Source: Lama guanicoe (Eukaryota). From it: a stretch of DNA of 63,715 nt. Under the pieces are notes generated by a model. The model did not search any database and had not been told where the DNA came from. It worked only from the letters and a program-made list of their open reading frames with translations. The stretch spans positions 10,396,825-10,460,539 of the forward strand of contig MU057343.1 in NCBI GenBank assembly GCA_013239625.1, given 5' to 3'. Positions within the stretch are counted from its first letter, which is position 1; each line of letters starts with the position of its first letter. The position numbers were made by a program, and so were the translations under genes. Positions 49,863-62,680 of this stretch are shown here, in pieces.

Positions 49863-50659
49863 CCTGACTTCCAAGGTTGTCATGAAAGGGAGGTAAGGAG
49901 ACACTTGTGGAAGAGCTCTGCCCACCACACATTGCCTGATTACTGCATCCTGTTCCTTACCTGTGACATAGAATCCTTGGCCCTGGGCTGGGTAGGGAGT
50001 GGGGATGCAGAAGGATTAGCATTCTGCCAGCATTGGCACATCAATCAGGAGGCAAGGCCCCCAGTGGAAAAGGGCATGTGGAGGGTGCCTGGGTGAGGAA
50101 GTCTGTGCTGCATCCAGCAATGAGCTCTTGTGATTTGGGCAAAGCACCAGTTGACTCATCAAATTTTGACACTGGGCTGAACTTGAGCTGCCTCCTGTCT
50201 AAGAATCCATCGCTCTGTCCTGTGAACCTTCTGGGGAACACAATTAAGGGGCCTAGAGTGGGCGCAGGACACACTGCCTGATGAACTGAACTGGTGGAGA
50301 CCGTGTGGAGCCCTTATTGTACACAGATGGCACTCTGCATCATAGCTGGGCTGGCCAGAGCAGGTGCAGACTGAAGGGCAGGCCTGGGCCCTCCAGGAGT
50401 CCTCATATGCTGCTCCATGCCCCCGCCAGACCTCTCTAGGAGAGAGCTGGCCAGGGAGGAAGGATAGGAGGTCCCCTTGGAAGGGCCTTAGAGAGTGAGC
50501 TGGGGGCACTGGGCAGTGAATGCCACATTTCAGCAAATAAGTGGTTACCTCAAGTCCTGATACCTCAGTGACAGTGATGGTCCCTCCTGCTTATTTATGG
50601 GTCTCCTTCTGACAGTTCTCCATTAGAGGTTCGGATCACAGATTTGGGGTGAAGTTCTT

Positions 50660-50852
50660 ATGGTTCCAGCCTGAGTTCTGCCACTGACTAGGCAATGTGA
50701 CCTTAGGTAAGTGGCTTTACCTTTCTAGGCCTCAGTTTTCCCATCTGTAAAGTGGAGGTAATAATCATATCCACCTAATGGAGATGCTCTGAGGATTTAA
50801 GTAAGGTATGTAAGGTACTCAGAACAATGCCTGGCATGTGTTAAGTGCCATG
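50660..50852 (+). mobile_element. MIR (MIRb-like) SINE
   Basis: tctgccactgactaggcaatgtgaccttaggtaagtggctttacctttctaggcctcagttttcccatctgtaaagtggagg. Confidence 0.88.
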
Positions 50853-51699
50853 GGATGGGAGTACTAGCAGTGGTTTCAAAGAGGCATTTAGGCTACAAGG
50901 CCAGACTGAGGGACGGAAGTGCTGGATTCTGGTTTCATCTGTGTCTCTGATTATCCACATCACCTAGCCCCTCTCACCTCAGTTTCCTTATCTACAAATA
51001 GTTTTGGGACAATGTATGTCTGCAGCCAGCAAGCCCCAGGCCTCTATTTGTTCCCTGTCCCAGGAGGGTCCTGGGCTATCCTCTTTCTCCTTGCCCTCCA
51101 CACTTTCCTTTTTCCTCAGGGGCCTGAACAGGCTTGCTCTGGTTTCCCATCTCTAGGGAGCTGTCTCTCAGGGTTCTACTGATCAGGCCCTGCTTGACCT
51201 TTGGGGCCCTTTAGTGATAACAGCTCTCTGCAGGTACCACTTACCTCATCCTTTGCTGTATTTTCCTAAACCCAGCCCACACTACAGTTACCCATCTTGA
51301 GTGTGCCATGACAGATCTGAAATCCAACCCCAGCAATTCAAACCCAGAGTTCTCAACCACTTACACTATCCTCATCGTCTTGGGGTATAAATGGTATTAC
51401 ATCTCTTTCATCTTCTAACTAAACCTGACTTGAGTTCCCTCCATCTTGGAGTGGTGGAAAGCCGCATGTCCTGTTGGGGCCTGTCCATCCCTCTAAGTGG
51501 CCCGTCTCTGTCTAAAGGGGCCAGCGGACAGAGGTAGAGAGGCTCCAAGGAGGCCACCCTTGGTCCCAGTCCCAATTTCCTTCTGCGGTTTCTCTAGCAC
51601 GTGGCCAGGGGGCTCTCACTGGGGAAGCTGGCCTTGCATGGTCTTAGCATCCTTGTTCGCTGTTGCCATGAGCTGTTTCTTGTCACTGAATGAGTAACA

Positions 51700-51835
51700 G
51701 CACTTTCAGGTTAAACGCATTGCTGGCTTATGCATTTGCTGCCTCATTTTATGCTCACAAAATTTTTATGAGGTACGAACTCTTCTTCCCATCAGAAGTG
51801 AGGAAACAAGCCTGAAGAGGGTAACTAACTGACCT
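51700..51835 (-). mobile_element. MIR fragment
   Basis: cctcattttatgctcacaaaat...gaggaaacaagcctgaagaggg. Confidence 0.6.
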
Positions 51836-52399
51836 GCCCTGTATACATTAGAGCTTCCCAATTTTTAAAATGAAATGTCTGTTTTTCAAACCTAATTTCT
51901 GGCATTAAAATATTCTTGAGAGCCAACTGTGGGCCTTCCTACCCAGGGGCCAGCTTGTTTGTAGACCCTGCCCTCTGCTTGATAGGCTGAATTTGTCCTA
52001 TTTTTATCACTTTCTCTTACTTCCTCTCTGTTCACTCCACAAACCCTCTTCCTTAACTCTCCTTTCTCCGAGTTACACTTTGAGAGATTGTTAAAATCCA
52101 GAGTGAGTGAGCACGTCTCATTAAAACCCTTTTTCTTTTCAAACAGACCGTGAGCCTTTCCAGATTCCCTCCTCCCATCACCTCTCTTGCCATTCAGCTC
52201 ATTTAAGCCCACTGCTGACAGATGGACTTCCGTTCTTCCCGAATATTCCTCCCCAGCCAAGAATATTCTATGCACACATTGTTGCTGGAACGGTAACATT
52301 TGCAAAGCCTTAACATTCTGAGTCTCATAACTGCAGGAATAATTTTTCTCAGAGTTGTAGCTGGACAAATCCTCACTGATGGGTGTAAGTTCTGAAGAT

Positions 52400-52530
52400 C
52401 ATAGAATTTCAGAGCTGGGCGGCCTCTCGGAGATCTCCAGGCAGGTCCGCTTGGGATAGATGGGGAACCTGAGGTTGTAGAACTAAGGATAACTGCCCAA
52501 AGTCACCCACCAACTGAGCCTGGATCACAG
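52400..52530 (-). mobile_element. MIR3-like fragment
   Basis: atcatagaatttcagagctgg...agatggggaacctgagg...actgcccaaagtcaccc. Confidence 0.65.
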
Positions 52531-53479
52531 CCCAGGCCTGCTTAGCCTCGGAGTGGGGAATGGGGATGAGTAAGGGCTCCCATCTCAGCTCCACCACTGA
52601 CACTGTGCCCTACGGCGAGTTACTACACCCACCCGAGTCTCAGTTTCCTGTCCTCGTAGACTTGTCTTGAGGATGTAAATAACTCAGCAGGATGCAAGGC
52701 TCAGATACAGATCAAGGAATGACTGCCTCTCTTCTCTCTCCCCCGCTCTCCTTTGCCTCTCCGAAAAGCAATCTGCCGGTCAGCCTGCCTCTTGAGTGTG
52801 GTCTCTCACCATCAACGGTGACAGCAGCTGCTATTTGTCATGAAGGCTGAAACCCCAAATTCCGCACTGTTTGGCCAGAGAGAGCTCCTGATGTGAATCT
52901 GGCACCTGCTGCAGCCTTCAAGATGCTGGCTGCCTCCCCATGGCTGCACTTCTTCATTTTGTGAGCTTTTTAGAGTGATGAGTTTCAAGGCACAGTTTCA
53001 GAGAGTTATTCTTATTCCACCAGAAGATTTTTTGGATCCACAGATGAGTGTAAATCTAGACATCCCTTCCCTGGGCATGTTTCCTCTCAGTTGTCATTGA
53101 TGCATTCATTTCTTGCCCCTGTTAGCACTCATCTTAGTTCCAGGGCTGAGCTGGCCTTTGTCAAAGGGGAGGGGTTGGCGTTGATCCCTAGCACCTGAAG
53201 CCTGGCCTGATGATGCCCTCTCCTGCCTCCTGCAACATGCCTGCCTTTTTCTGCTGTTTTTCAAAGTTTGCTCGTGAGGCGTTCACATCTTTGGAGGGGT
53301 GTGGTTCTTCTCTGAAGCTACACTCTGAACCCTGGGTCCTGCCTGGATATTGGAGGTTGGTCCTGTTACAGCTTCAATGAGACAACAGCCAGACCATGTC
53401 TGGAAAGGACAAAGGGCTCGCTGGTAACCCACTGTCCTGCCAGGCAGAGAAACAAAGCAAAAGGGACAGATACCAAGGA

Positions 53480-54520
53480 GCTGCTGGTTCTGGGGTCTGT
53501 TAGAGATGGTGATGGTGGGAAAGGCCTTCCTAGGAGGTGACATTTGAACAAAAGCCTGAGTGCAGGAGGGAGGGGCCAGGTGGCGCTCCCCAGGCAGACA
53601 GAGCAGACAGTGTGAAAGCCCAGATCAGGGAGAGCAAGGAGCCATGTGAAGTGAGGAGAGTGAGGAGGATGGGGAGGTGAGGGTGGATCAGGGCGGTCTC
53701 CTGGGTCCTGATAAGAAACAGCTTTGTTCTGTGTGAGATGGGGAACCACGGGAGGTTTTGAACAGGGCAAAACAAAATCTGACTTTAGTTTTAGAAGGAT
53801 CTCTAGTTCAGAGCTTCTCATTGGTAGGCTCTCGACACCTGGGGAGAAAGAATGCTTAGCTGTGAGGAACCATCCTAAGCATTTAGGATACTGATCCCCA
53901 GGGGCTAACGGCGACAAGCATTGTGGTGACAGCCCCAAATGCTTCTGTGTTTCCAAGCACCCCAGGAATGGTGAGGCGGGTGGAACCACCTTGGTGGAGA
54001 AGTAATGTGGAGAGGAGGCCCTGAGGGGCATGTGTGGACTCGGAGAGACCTGTCAGGAGGGCAGCAGCTTGGTCAGGGCAGCAGAGGTTGGGGAGGTAGA
54101 ACTCATGGGATTTAATGATGAACTAGGTGTTAGAGGAAGATAAGAGCAAGGAGGACTACAGGGTTTTGAAAATTTGTTCATTTGTTTGTTCATTTGTTGG
54201 GGAGAATGGGGTAAAAGTACATTTTTATTTTGAGATGCCTGTAGAAGATGTTCAGGGGGCCTATGAGACTGAGGTTCCAAAAGAGGTCAAGAGGCTGAGA
54301 GAAACGTGGGGGTCTTTGTGGTGGTTAAAGCCTTGTGGCTGGCTGAGACCATCCAGGGGAGAATGTCATTAGGGTGAGGTCCAAAGGCAGAGTCTGGGGC
54401 CCTGGATGCTCAGAGTTCAGGACATGGAGGGAATCCTGCACAGGGGATGGAGAAGGAGCAGCCAGTGCAGAAGGAGAAGAACCAGCAGAGTGAGGCTTCT
54501 GGAAGCTAGTTGGAAAGTGT
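53480..54520 (-). mobile_element. L2 fragment interrupted by a MER20-related element at about 53809-54008
   Basis: ggaaggccttcctaggaggtgacatttgaac...ggaggttttgaacaggg...tttgagatgcctgtagaagat. Confidence 0.75.
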
Positions 54521-55024
54521 GCCAGGTGCTGTGTGGGGCCCTTTCAGGTAAATCACCTCCTCAGCCCTGGGAGGCTCACGGTGTATTGCAGAAAGAATGC
54601 TCTGCGAGAGCGTAATCCTTCTGCCTTAGGTTTGGCAAGTGAAACATGTAATTTTGTAATGATTATCCTCATTCTGCAGCGTGTTGCCCTTACTTAGCAT
54701 CTGCTGAGCACAGCCTTCAAGTCGTGGGAGATGGGTGTTCTGAGGCGTGATGGTGCCCGTGCGCCTCCCTCACTTTCAGAAGCTCAGGAGGAAAGAGGAA
54801 GCCCCCGCTGGTTCAGGTGGATTATTCCTGGATATCAGTCAGCTGATCCTGGATTTTGTGTATGTTCCAAGTAAAGTACAATTAGTTAGGAACTACCATA
54901 GAGCAAAGCAATTTCTCTGGCCCCCTTTAAGCTAGCAAATGGTGTCAAGTTTTAAAATGCACTTTTATTTTAAAAAATTTCAAGCATGTGCCCTCTCTGT
55001 GCCTAACAATAGGGTAATGACACT

Positions 55025-55316
55025 GCTACTTGATGAAATATTCTGTAGCCATTGAAAATGTTTCTGAGAAGTAGAAAATGACATGGAAGAATGTTTATAT
55101 TTTAACTTTAAAAAGGCAGACTGTAGCATCATATATTCAGTAGATCACAACCATGTAATGTCATCAAAACAAAAGAAGCAGATGTGCAGAAAAAGGAAAA
55201 CTTGGTAAAGAATCTGCCAAAATATTAACAGTGATTTTCATTGGATGGTAAGAAAACAAGAAATAGATTTCTCTTCTTTATGATTTTATGTATTTTCCAA
55301 ATTTTTGTAATGAGTA
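55025..55316 (+). mobile_element. Ancient L1ME-type 3' end
   Basis: gatgaaatattctgtagccattgaaaa...atctgccaaaatattaacagtgatttt...tattttccaaatttttgtaatgagtat. Confidence 0.65.
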
Positions 55317-55318
55317 TA

Positions 55319-55624
55319 CAGGCATACCTCATTTATTGCACTTTGCAGATATTGTGGTTTTTACAGATTTTACAGGTTTACGGCAATCCTGCANNNNNNN
55401 NNNNNNNNNNNNNNNNNNNNNNNNNNNNNNNNNNNNNNNNNNNNNNNNNNNNNNNNNNNNNNNNNNNNNNNNNNNNNNNNNNNNNNNNNNNNNNNNNNNN
55501 NNNNNNNNNNNNNNNNNNNNNNNNNNNNNNACCAAAAAAAAAATCATGGAACTTGCTTTATTTTGATAGTCACTTTATTCTGGTGGTCTGGACCCAAACC
55601 CACGATATCTCTGAGGTATGCCTG
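55319..55624. mobile_element. Tigger1-derived non-autonomous element (Tigger1a_Art-like); contains an N gap
   Basis: TIRs CAGGCATACCTC and GAGGTATGCCTG; TA at 55317-55318. Confidence 0.9.
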
Positions 55625-55638
55625 ATGATATTTTAGAA

Positions 55639-55845
55639 CAGTGTTTCCCAATGGAACTTTTTGCAGTGATGGAAATAGTCCATATTTTTACTGTCTAATC
55701 CATAACCACTAGCCACATTTGGCTATTGAGCAATTGAAATGTGATTAGTGTGACAAAGGAACTGGATTTTAAACCAAATAATTACTAAGTTAAATTTAAA
55801 TTTCAGTAGGCATTTGAGGCTCGTGACTACTGTATTTGACAGTGA
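55639..55845. mobile_element. MER3-like hAT-Charlie element
   Basis: aatggaactttttgcagtgatggaaat...ccactagccacatttggctattgagcaattgaaatgtg...gaactggattttaa. Confidence 0.85.
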
Positions 55846-55870
55846 AGTTTTAAAGTGCAAAAATATAATA

Positions 55871-56248
55871 CAGGTTTCCCCTGCTTTTTGAAAGTTCGCT
55901 TTTTGCCACTTCAGTTTTACGAAAGACCTGTGTTAGTACCCATTTCACCAACCAAAAGAAATCCGAAGAGGATTTCCACTTTTACAGAAAAGGGCAAAAA
56001 GTGAAAATAGCATTTAGGATGGGTATCTCAACAAGCCATCGTAGAGGCAGCAAGAGTGGCCCCACCATTTCAGCATCAAGCTGCCACAGTTTTGAACTGT
56101 GTCTGTGAGCATTCATGCTTTATTTCGATTTATTTCATGCATCCGTTAGCAAGATGTGTTCTAAGGTAATTGCTGCTTTGCTTTACAGCATTTTGGCTTA
56201 TGGAAGGTTTCATAGGAACACTATACTTTTGAATAGTGGGGAAACTTG
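55871..56248. mobile_element. TcMar-Tigger non-autonomous element
   Basis: TIRs CAGGTTTCCCC and GGGGAAACTTG, with TA on both sides (55869-55870, 56249-56250). Confidence 0.88.
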
Positions 56249-56599
56249 TATATAAGAAAACATATATCATATCTCAATAAAGCTATTAAAAATAATATAA
56301 GCATTTAAAATGTGTTCACGATACCAAGGTTTGAAATTTTACTGCAGTGTGGAGTGAGTCTGGACTTCATAATAGAAAATATGGACAGAGCACAGGAAAA
56401 CACTGGAGTCTTTATTTAAATAGTTTATTTTCTAGCTCAATAAAAAGTGATCCAGCCTTAAGCTTGGCCATGCCAGAGACTGATTTTAGACCAGGAAGAA
56501 ACAAATGATAACCTGGATGTTATTAGTTGTTCTGCAAAAATTTCTGCTATTGTGAATAATATTCTTTTGTGTACATGTCTAGATCTTCATGTAAATTCA

Positions 56600-56705
56600 G
56601 ACCATGTGAGTAGTATCTTTTGAGGTAGGAACAAAGCTTGTTATCCCCATTTTATAGATGAGAAAAATGAGGCTTATGAGGTTCATTTCCCAGAGTCATA
56701 AATCA
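56600..56705 (-). mobile_element. MIR fragment
   Basis: tatccccattttatagatgagaaaaatgaggctt. Confidence 0.7.
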
Positions 56706-59700
56706 AGAAGTCAAAACAAAGCTTCTTAGTTCTTGAAGCCCAGAGGATTTTATTATCTTTCGCAATATGGACCGAATAATTTCTGATAAACTGTCTTAGG
56801 AAGGGGACATCCCTAAGGAGCTGGAAAGATCTGCTGTTTTTAAGTCCTTTAAATGAAGGGTTTTTTTGGTTTTTGTTTTGGCTTTTAGAACTGTCCTAAG
56901 GTTAGTTCTTATAAGGCAGGGAACTGTGCTTCTATCAAAGGTGACCCTTTGTTTGGTCGGATCTGTGTCTTTATGCTTTCCATAGAATGCCACAGAAAAA
57001 CCCCCTTATCCTTTCATGTGAGCTTACTCTAGACCCCCCAGCCCTGCATCTCTGTCCCTCTCCCCTCCCTCCATTCACGGCCCCTCTTGCCAGGTGGAGA
57101 GTTAGCCAACTGGAGTTCTACATCTGGCAATTTAGAAAGATGCTGAGCTCTCCTGGGATCATGTTACCTGGACCACGGAGGTGCACTGGACATAGTATTT
57201 GAGAGATGACCTCAGTTGGACAGGCCACCCTGCTCCCCATGCTCCTTTCATCTGGGTGGCCCAGAGTGTTTGCTAAGAGCAGCAGGCAGCAGTGCAGTGT
57301 AACACAAATGAATACACTGTATGTTTTCAAACTGAAAGTCTTAATCCTTTTTGGTTCAAGTTCTAGGGAAAGGTTGGAGCCAGTTGTGATTTGAAAAAAA
57401 AATAATAAAAAAATTGGTTCACCCGTCTGTCAGTACCGCCAAGAAATATTCATGTGAGTAGGACTATCCAAAAAAATGAAGAGTAGCTCTTTTCCAAGAC
57501 AGATCTCTGGNNNNNNNNNNNNNNNNNNNNNNNNNNNNNNNNNNNNNNNNNNNNNNNNNNNNNNNNNNNNNNNNNNNNNNNNNNNNNNNNNNNNNNNNNN
57601 NNNNNNNNNNNNNNNNNNNNNNNNNNNNNNNNNNNNNNNNNNNNNNNNNNNNNNNNNNNNNNNNNNGTGAGAACGCTCGCCTCCCTCTTCCTCCCTTCAT
57701 TTCTCAGCCCCTTGCCTGTTACTCTACAGAGACAGCCTAGCATGTAGGGGTTCCTTGCTGGCCTGCACGAGTCACCCTCACCTGGTTCAGACATGTTTGT
57801 AAGGGTGAGGGCCTTCTTCCCATGGGTGCCTGCACTTCTCCCTGGTTCCTGGAGGAGGAGGTGGACATGGATTTCAGTGGTATTTCTGCCTAAAGAGGCA
57901 CTTTACAAGTTGTGTTTCACAGAGTCAGGAACTTGAGAAGCAGAGCACAAAAAGACCTTGTAATAGACCTGCAAAGACACCCCTCCCAGGCCTGTTTCCC
58001 TTGGTAGACTTCAGGGAAAGCCTGAAGGAGAGGTGGGAATAAAACACAGGCCGAACCAGAGCTGTTGTTTCACCTCCAGAACAGAGTTATCGTTGTCTCA
58101 GCGAGCTTCTTATTTCCCTCAAGTGATGAGGGAAGTAAATTCCTCAGCAAAGTTCTAAGGCAGAGCTGGGTCTGGGAAAACAGTCTCAGAGTTTTCAAGC
58201 CCCAGGGTTTGAGTTCTTTTTGTCAGGGTGTACACGCAGTACTTTCTGAAGAGTGTGGTTTCAGGTTGGCCTTCTGGGCGAGCTGTGGGCTTTCCCACAG
58301 TGCGTCTCTCTCCTCTTCCCAAGGTGGAGCCTCTCCTGTCTACACAGCGGCCTCGCTGCTAGCTCCGAAAGAAATGCTTCCAGAACCACGCGCGCCAGGC
58401 TTGATCTAATGAACACACACCCATTGCACTTTTGATCTAATCACAAGAATAGCAACTGCCATTTTCAAAAATCACATTATCGTGATTTGCTGTGTGAAGG
58501 ATGTAAGGCAGCTGTTGGTATTCCCATTTTACACTTAAAGGACAGACGTTGATGTGTCTTCACTAAGGTCATGGAGATGGTGAGTGGAGTTGGAATCCAT
58601 ATCAATCTTCTAGGGGATGCATGGCCCAACCACAGATATTCCCAGATGAGCACATGAACGTCCGAAGAGGGACAGTCGGGAGAGGCCTTCTACACGGTGG
58701 GTGATGCAAACGGCGCTTAGAATTGGCTTTCCAGTGGATTGTGGGGGTTTCATTTGATTTGTGGTTCACCGATCTTCTTTAACCCTGCTTGCCTCATTTA
58801 GAAATGTAAGAGTGAGTCAGTGTTACCCAACTTATCCAACAGGTGCGGAATGATGTGGCTCTGAATTATGCTTGTGGTTGAGCCAGCCTGGGATTAAGTG
58901 TGAGCAGCTAAGACTGCTGTGTGAAAAACAAATCAGGAAAAATACATTTTAAAAAAACTGGGGAAAGAAATAATACAAAAAAAATGCCCTACCTAACTTT
59001 TGAAAGATATGTGTAATAGAACTTGTATTTAATTGTGTATTGGTGTTCCTCCTTCTGGGACCTTCTTTAATATCCAGAAGTTTCTCTGAAGGTTAGTGAC
59101 TTGCCCTCCATTCAGATGGCGTGCATGTCCAGTTCGTGGCATCGTGGACAAATGTGACAGATAACTTGGGGAAGAGGATAGGGAGAGAGGGAAAGGGCTG
59201 CTAGCATGGACACTAGAACTTTGAGGGCCATTTCTGAGTGGAGGTGGGGAAAAGAGAGTCACGGCCATGAGGGTCCTTGCAGGGAGCCTTGGTGCCACAC
59301 CTGGGAACAGGATTTGAGGAGTGGCTGACACGTTTATTTGGTGTGAGGTCAGCTACACCTCAGACGGCAATAACACGAGTCCCATAAAACAGAACTCCCA
59401 GGCTGGGCCACCGGCCTGCATACTGCCAGAGAAGGGTGGTGGCCTCATAAATGAGACATTGCTGTCAAGTCTCCATAAGGGGAGGATTCATTCCCTTTGT
59501 GAATTCTAGGCTCTTCCTTGCCCACCCAGGTCTGTCCCTCTCTTGCTTTTTAACCCCTTTCTTGTTTTGTGCTGCTGCTTTCAGATAAAGAAAGGAAAAG
59601 AGATTTGATTGCCTTGCATATTCACCACTCCAACAGAAAGTTTTGTGAAGAATGAAGTTGAAGCTATTGGTAGAAATTAGAAAAAAATCTATTTATAAGA

Positions 59701-60029
59701 CCAGCAGAAAAATACCTGAACTTCAGAGGGGACCACAAATGATTATCAATTAAGAACACAGCTCTTAATTGTACTGTCAAAAGCCCGCACGACATGAGGA
59801 TGTGTTTTATGCAAAAACTATTGTTCTTGCCACTGGCCTTATGCATGTCATTGCTTCATTTGTTACAGTCAGACCTAGGAAATTCCCTGGGAAGGCCCCT
59901 CCACCACAGTGCCTGCCATTTCTCCTATGATTCTGTTGGATCTTGAGAGATTTTTTGATCTCCAGGAAGCTGTTATCACAAAATGGCTCTTTCTGTATTG
60001 AGACAACATGGTATCTGGAAAGACGAAAG

Positions 60030-60205
60030 GAGTGGACTGGGAAATGGGAATCTGGGTCCCATTTCAGTTCTACCACTACCAGCTGGTGGCTTTAGGAGGG
60101 GCCTGTGATTTCACTAGCCTCAGTGGCCTCATCTGTAAAATGGAGCAGCATGGAAATGATGGCAGTGAGAGCACCTGCCATCATGCCTGTAAGTGCTCCA
60201 GAAAT
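60030..60205 (+). mobile_element. MIR fragment
   Basis: agcctcagtggcctcatctgtaaaatggag. Confidence 0.65.
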
Positions 60206-60584
60206 GGTTCCTTCCTGCCTGCCTGCTTCAGTTCTCCATCTGAAAGGTAAGGAATTGGTCTAGATCTCTGAGGCCCTGTCAGCTCTAACACTTTGTGACT
60301 TTCTTGGCAACATCTTAAGAAATCTCCAATTAACACTCTAGTGAGCCTTAGTCTGTTAGATTCCATCCAATCATGATAGTGTTGTGATTTTGACTTGGTA
60401 TTATGATTTTTATTTTCCTTTATCCTGACTGTTAATTTATAGTTTTGATTCTATGGCTTTTTGCTTAATTGAGTTGTCACAAATCCTTTGGGGAATAAGG
60501 AAAAGAAAGTATAACAAACGATGAAAGAATACATTAACTAAAAGCCAAGGAATTACACTAATACAAATACAAATACTAATAAAT

Positions 60585-60800
60585 TGCTTTTATTGGACAC
60601 TTTCTATGTATGAGGAACTGTGCTAAGCACTTTATAAATATTTGATCACTCAAGTTGCACAATAATGCTGTCAAGCCATAATTATCGTTCCCTCTTGATA
60701 GATGAGGAAACTGAGTCTTAAAAGATACCAAGCAAGTTGTCCAAGTTCACACAATTAGTGAGTGGCAAAACTGAGCTACAAATCCAAGTCTGGCTAAATC
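60585..60800 (-). mobile_element. MIR SINE
   Basis: ctgtgctaagcactttata...agatgaggaaactgag...gtccaagttcacacaattagtgagtggca. Confidence 0.85.
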
Positions 60801-60805
60801 AGAGC

Positions 60806-61003
60806 AGTGGTGTGCTGACAAATAAGCACCCCCCCCAAAAAAAAACCAAAATCCTAAATGCCTGATGTGGAGTATTTACTGATTTCTCTCATGTAAATAC
60901 TCCCACCAAAGCCAATTTCAAGTTACTAACAGTTTAACATCAGCTAAAAAAATTCCAGAATATTTAACTATCTGCTCTTGCAAGCCAATGGGAGCCACTC
61001 CAG
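60806..61003. mobile_element. MER63-like hAT-Blackjack element
   Basis: cagtggtgtgctg terminus; tgtaaatactcccacc...aatttcaag...aaaattccagaatatttaac...ctcttgcaagcc. Confidence 0.75.
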
Positions 61004-61129
61004 AAGGAGCCTTTGTTGTCACCACTGTGATATACTGCCTCTCTGGATAATAGACTGGAGTTGGGAATAATAGGGAAAAAAAACAGAAAGGAAAGATGGT
61101 CATGAACAGAAGAAGTAAAGAGGTGACAA

Positions 61130-61350
61130 ATTCATTCATTCCACAAGGCTTACTGAGTACCAGCTAAGGACCAAGCCTTGTGCAGATTCAGGCATGAGTA
61201 AGGTGAGCAGGTACCCAAGCCAAAAAGGCCAGAGTGTGTTTAGGAGAGACAGGAATGTAAACAAATAATTGAACACTTTATGTAATAGAAATATGTATGA
61301 GTCTAAAGGTGAGAACCCAGGTGAGGGAGGAATGAATTCTGTCTGATGGG
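61130..61350 (-). mobile_element. L2 3' end
   Basis: attcattcattccacaaggcttactgagtacc...ggagagacagg...taaacaaataatt. Confidence 0.7.
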
Positions 61351-61522
61351 CCTGATGGGTGGAGTTGGGCATGTATACATGGAGGCTTTGGGGTAACACA
61401 AACTTTGCTTCCTTTCCAGTTTATGGAGAAGCGTCCCTCTCTAGAAAGGTGTGCTCAGCTTAGCACTCTGCATTTCAGACCAAACAGAGAAACTAAAGAC
61501 GGAGGTCAAGAAAGGGACAGTG

Positions 61523-61704
61523 GAGGGGTGGGGAGGATATAGCTCAGTGGTAGACTGAGTGCTTAGCATGCCCAAGGTTCTGGACTCAATCCCCAGTACC
61601 TCCATTAAAATAAATAAATAAACAAGCAGATAAATTACCTAATTACCTCTCCTCCTCCCCAAAAAACCCCCCTAAAAACAAACAAACTAAATAATTTTTT
61701 TCTA
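61523..61704 (+). mobile_element. Camelid-type tRNA-derived SINE, full length
   Basis: A-box tagctcagtgg and decayed B-box ggactcaatccc, A-rich tail; 15-bp TSD aagaaagggacagtg (61508-61522) / aagaaaggaacagtg (61705-61719). Confidence 0.92.
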
Positions 61705-61727
61705 AAGAAAGGAACAGTGATGCAGAA

Positions 61728-61855
61728 AGTAAGCTCCCTGAGTTAGGGATGTTGTCTTATTTACCCTTTTATTCCTCACACCTGGCACTATGCAGGGCAT
61801 CTGGTAGAGTACTCAATAAATACGTGTTGACTGGATGAACCATTGATGAATGATT
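61728..61855 (+). mobile_element. L2 3' terminus
   Basis: gtaagctccctgag...cacctggcac...gtactcaataaatacgtgttgactggatgaa. Confidence 0.8.
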
Positions 61856-62519
61856 TATGAGATTCAAAGAAAGAAGTTGTTTGAGGAAGGAGGACTAATA
61901 ATAGATAAGAAGTAAGCAATGTAAGTAGTGACCCCTAAGCATCTAACGGATCATGGAGAATAGAGTGAGCAGAGGGCAGAACATGGCCAGGGGCTCTAGA
62001 TGCCCAGGGTGGAGGTAAAGGACCCCAAAGGATGTGTGTCTTGCAGTGCTGCCACCTGTCGGGCTGGCTGATTTCTCTGAGGATGATCTGAAGATGGGGC
62101 AAAGCCCTGGCTTCCACTCTGAGAAGCAAGATCCTATCACGAGCCTGCAGATGTATTTGGTGCACTTAAGGATGCCAGGAATGATTCCATTGATTGTTTG
62201 GCTTCAAAGTTCGTATGGAAGAAGCTAACAAGTCATTGGTACAGTGAACTTTGGGAATTTCAATGGATTTCCTTCACATTTGTTTGCTCTTCTTCCTCTG
62301 ACTATCTGATTATCTGAGAGGAGGCTCCTGTTATGGAAAACCAGGTAGTTTGAATATTCTTTCTTGGGACCTAGGACTGGTTTTGTAAGAAGTGGGTCTG
62401 CATGTGTATTTTGTAGATTATTTTCTGCAAACATGTAAGTCATATATATTCTACATGTATATTTTACAAACAGATCTAAGTCATAATAGTGCCTTATATG
62501 TAGATGGTTCCTAATTTCA

Positions 62520-62680
62520 AAGAGCTTTCCCACAATTACTTTTGCTGCTTCCTCAAGACAGTCCCACGAGAATGTTAGAAAAGATGCAAATATCTCCATT
62601 TTACTAAAGAGAAGTCAAGTAATGCCTTCAAAGTCACACAGCTGAATTCTAGCAAAGCAAGGGCCCAAGAGCCATCATTC
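62520..62680 (-). mobile_element. MIR fragment
   Basis: tatctccattttactaaagagaag...caaagtcacacagctg. Confidence 0.55.

Larger units (their letters stand above)
69..57666. other. Eight assembly gaps: 69-200, 15529-15669, 32163-32326, 44203-44350, 47851-48054, 48169-48347, 55394-55530, 57511-57666
   Basis: Runs of N. Confidence 0.98.

Noticed and set aside
53366-54031. 221-aa minus-strand ORF
   Set aside because: Runs through an L2 fossil and a MER20-like insertion, so it is a chimeric repeat read-through
61530-61605. tRNA-like sequence
   Set aside because: Has an A-rich tail and TSD and a mutated B box, so it is a SINE rather than a tRNA gene
62034-62228. Exon-like segment after tgtcttgcag (VLPPVGLADFSEDDLKMG...)
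   Set aside because: Weak pyrimidine tract, no convincing donor and no recognised homology
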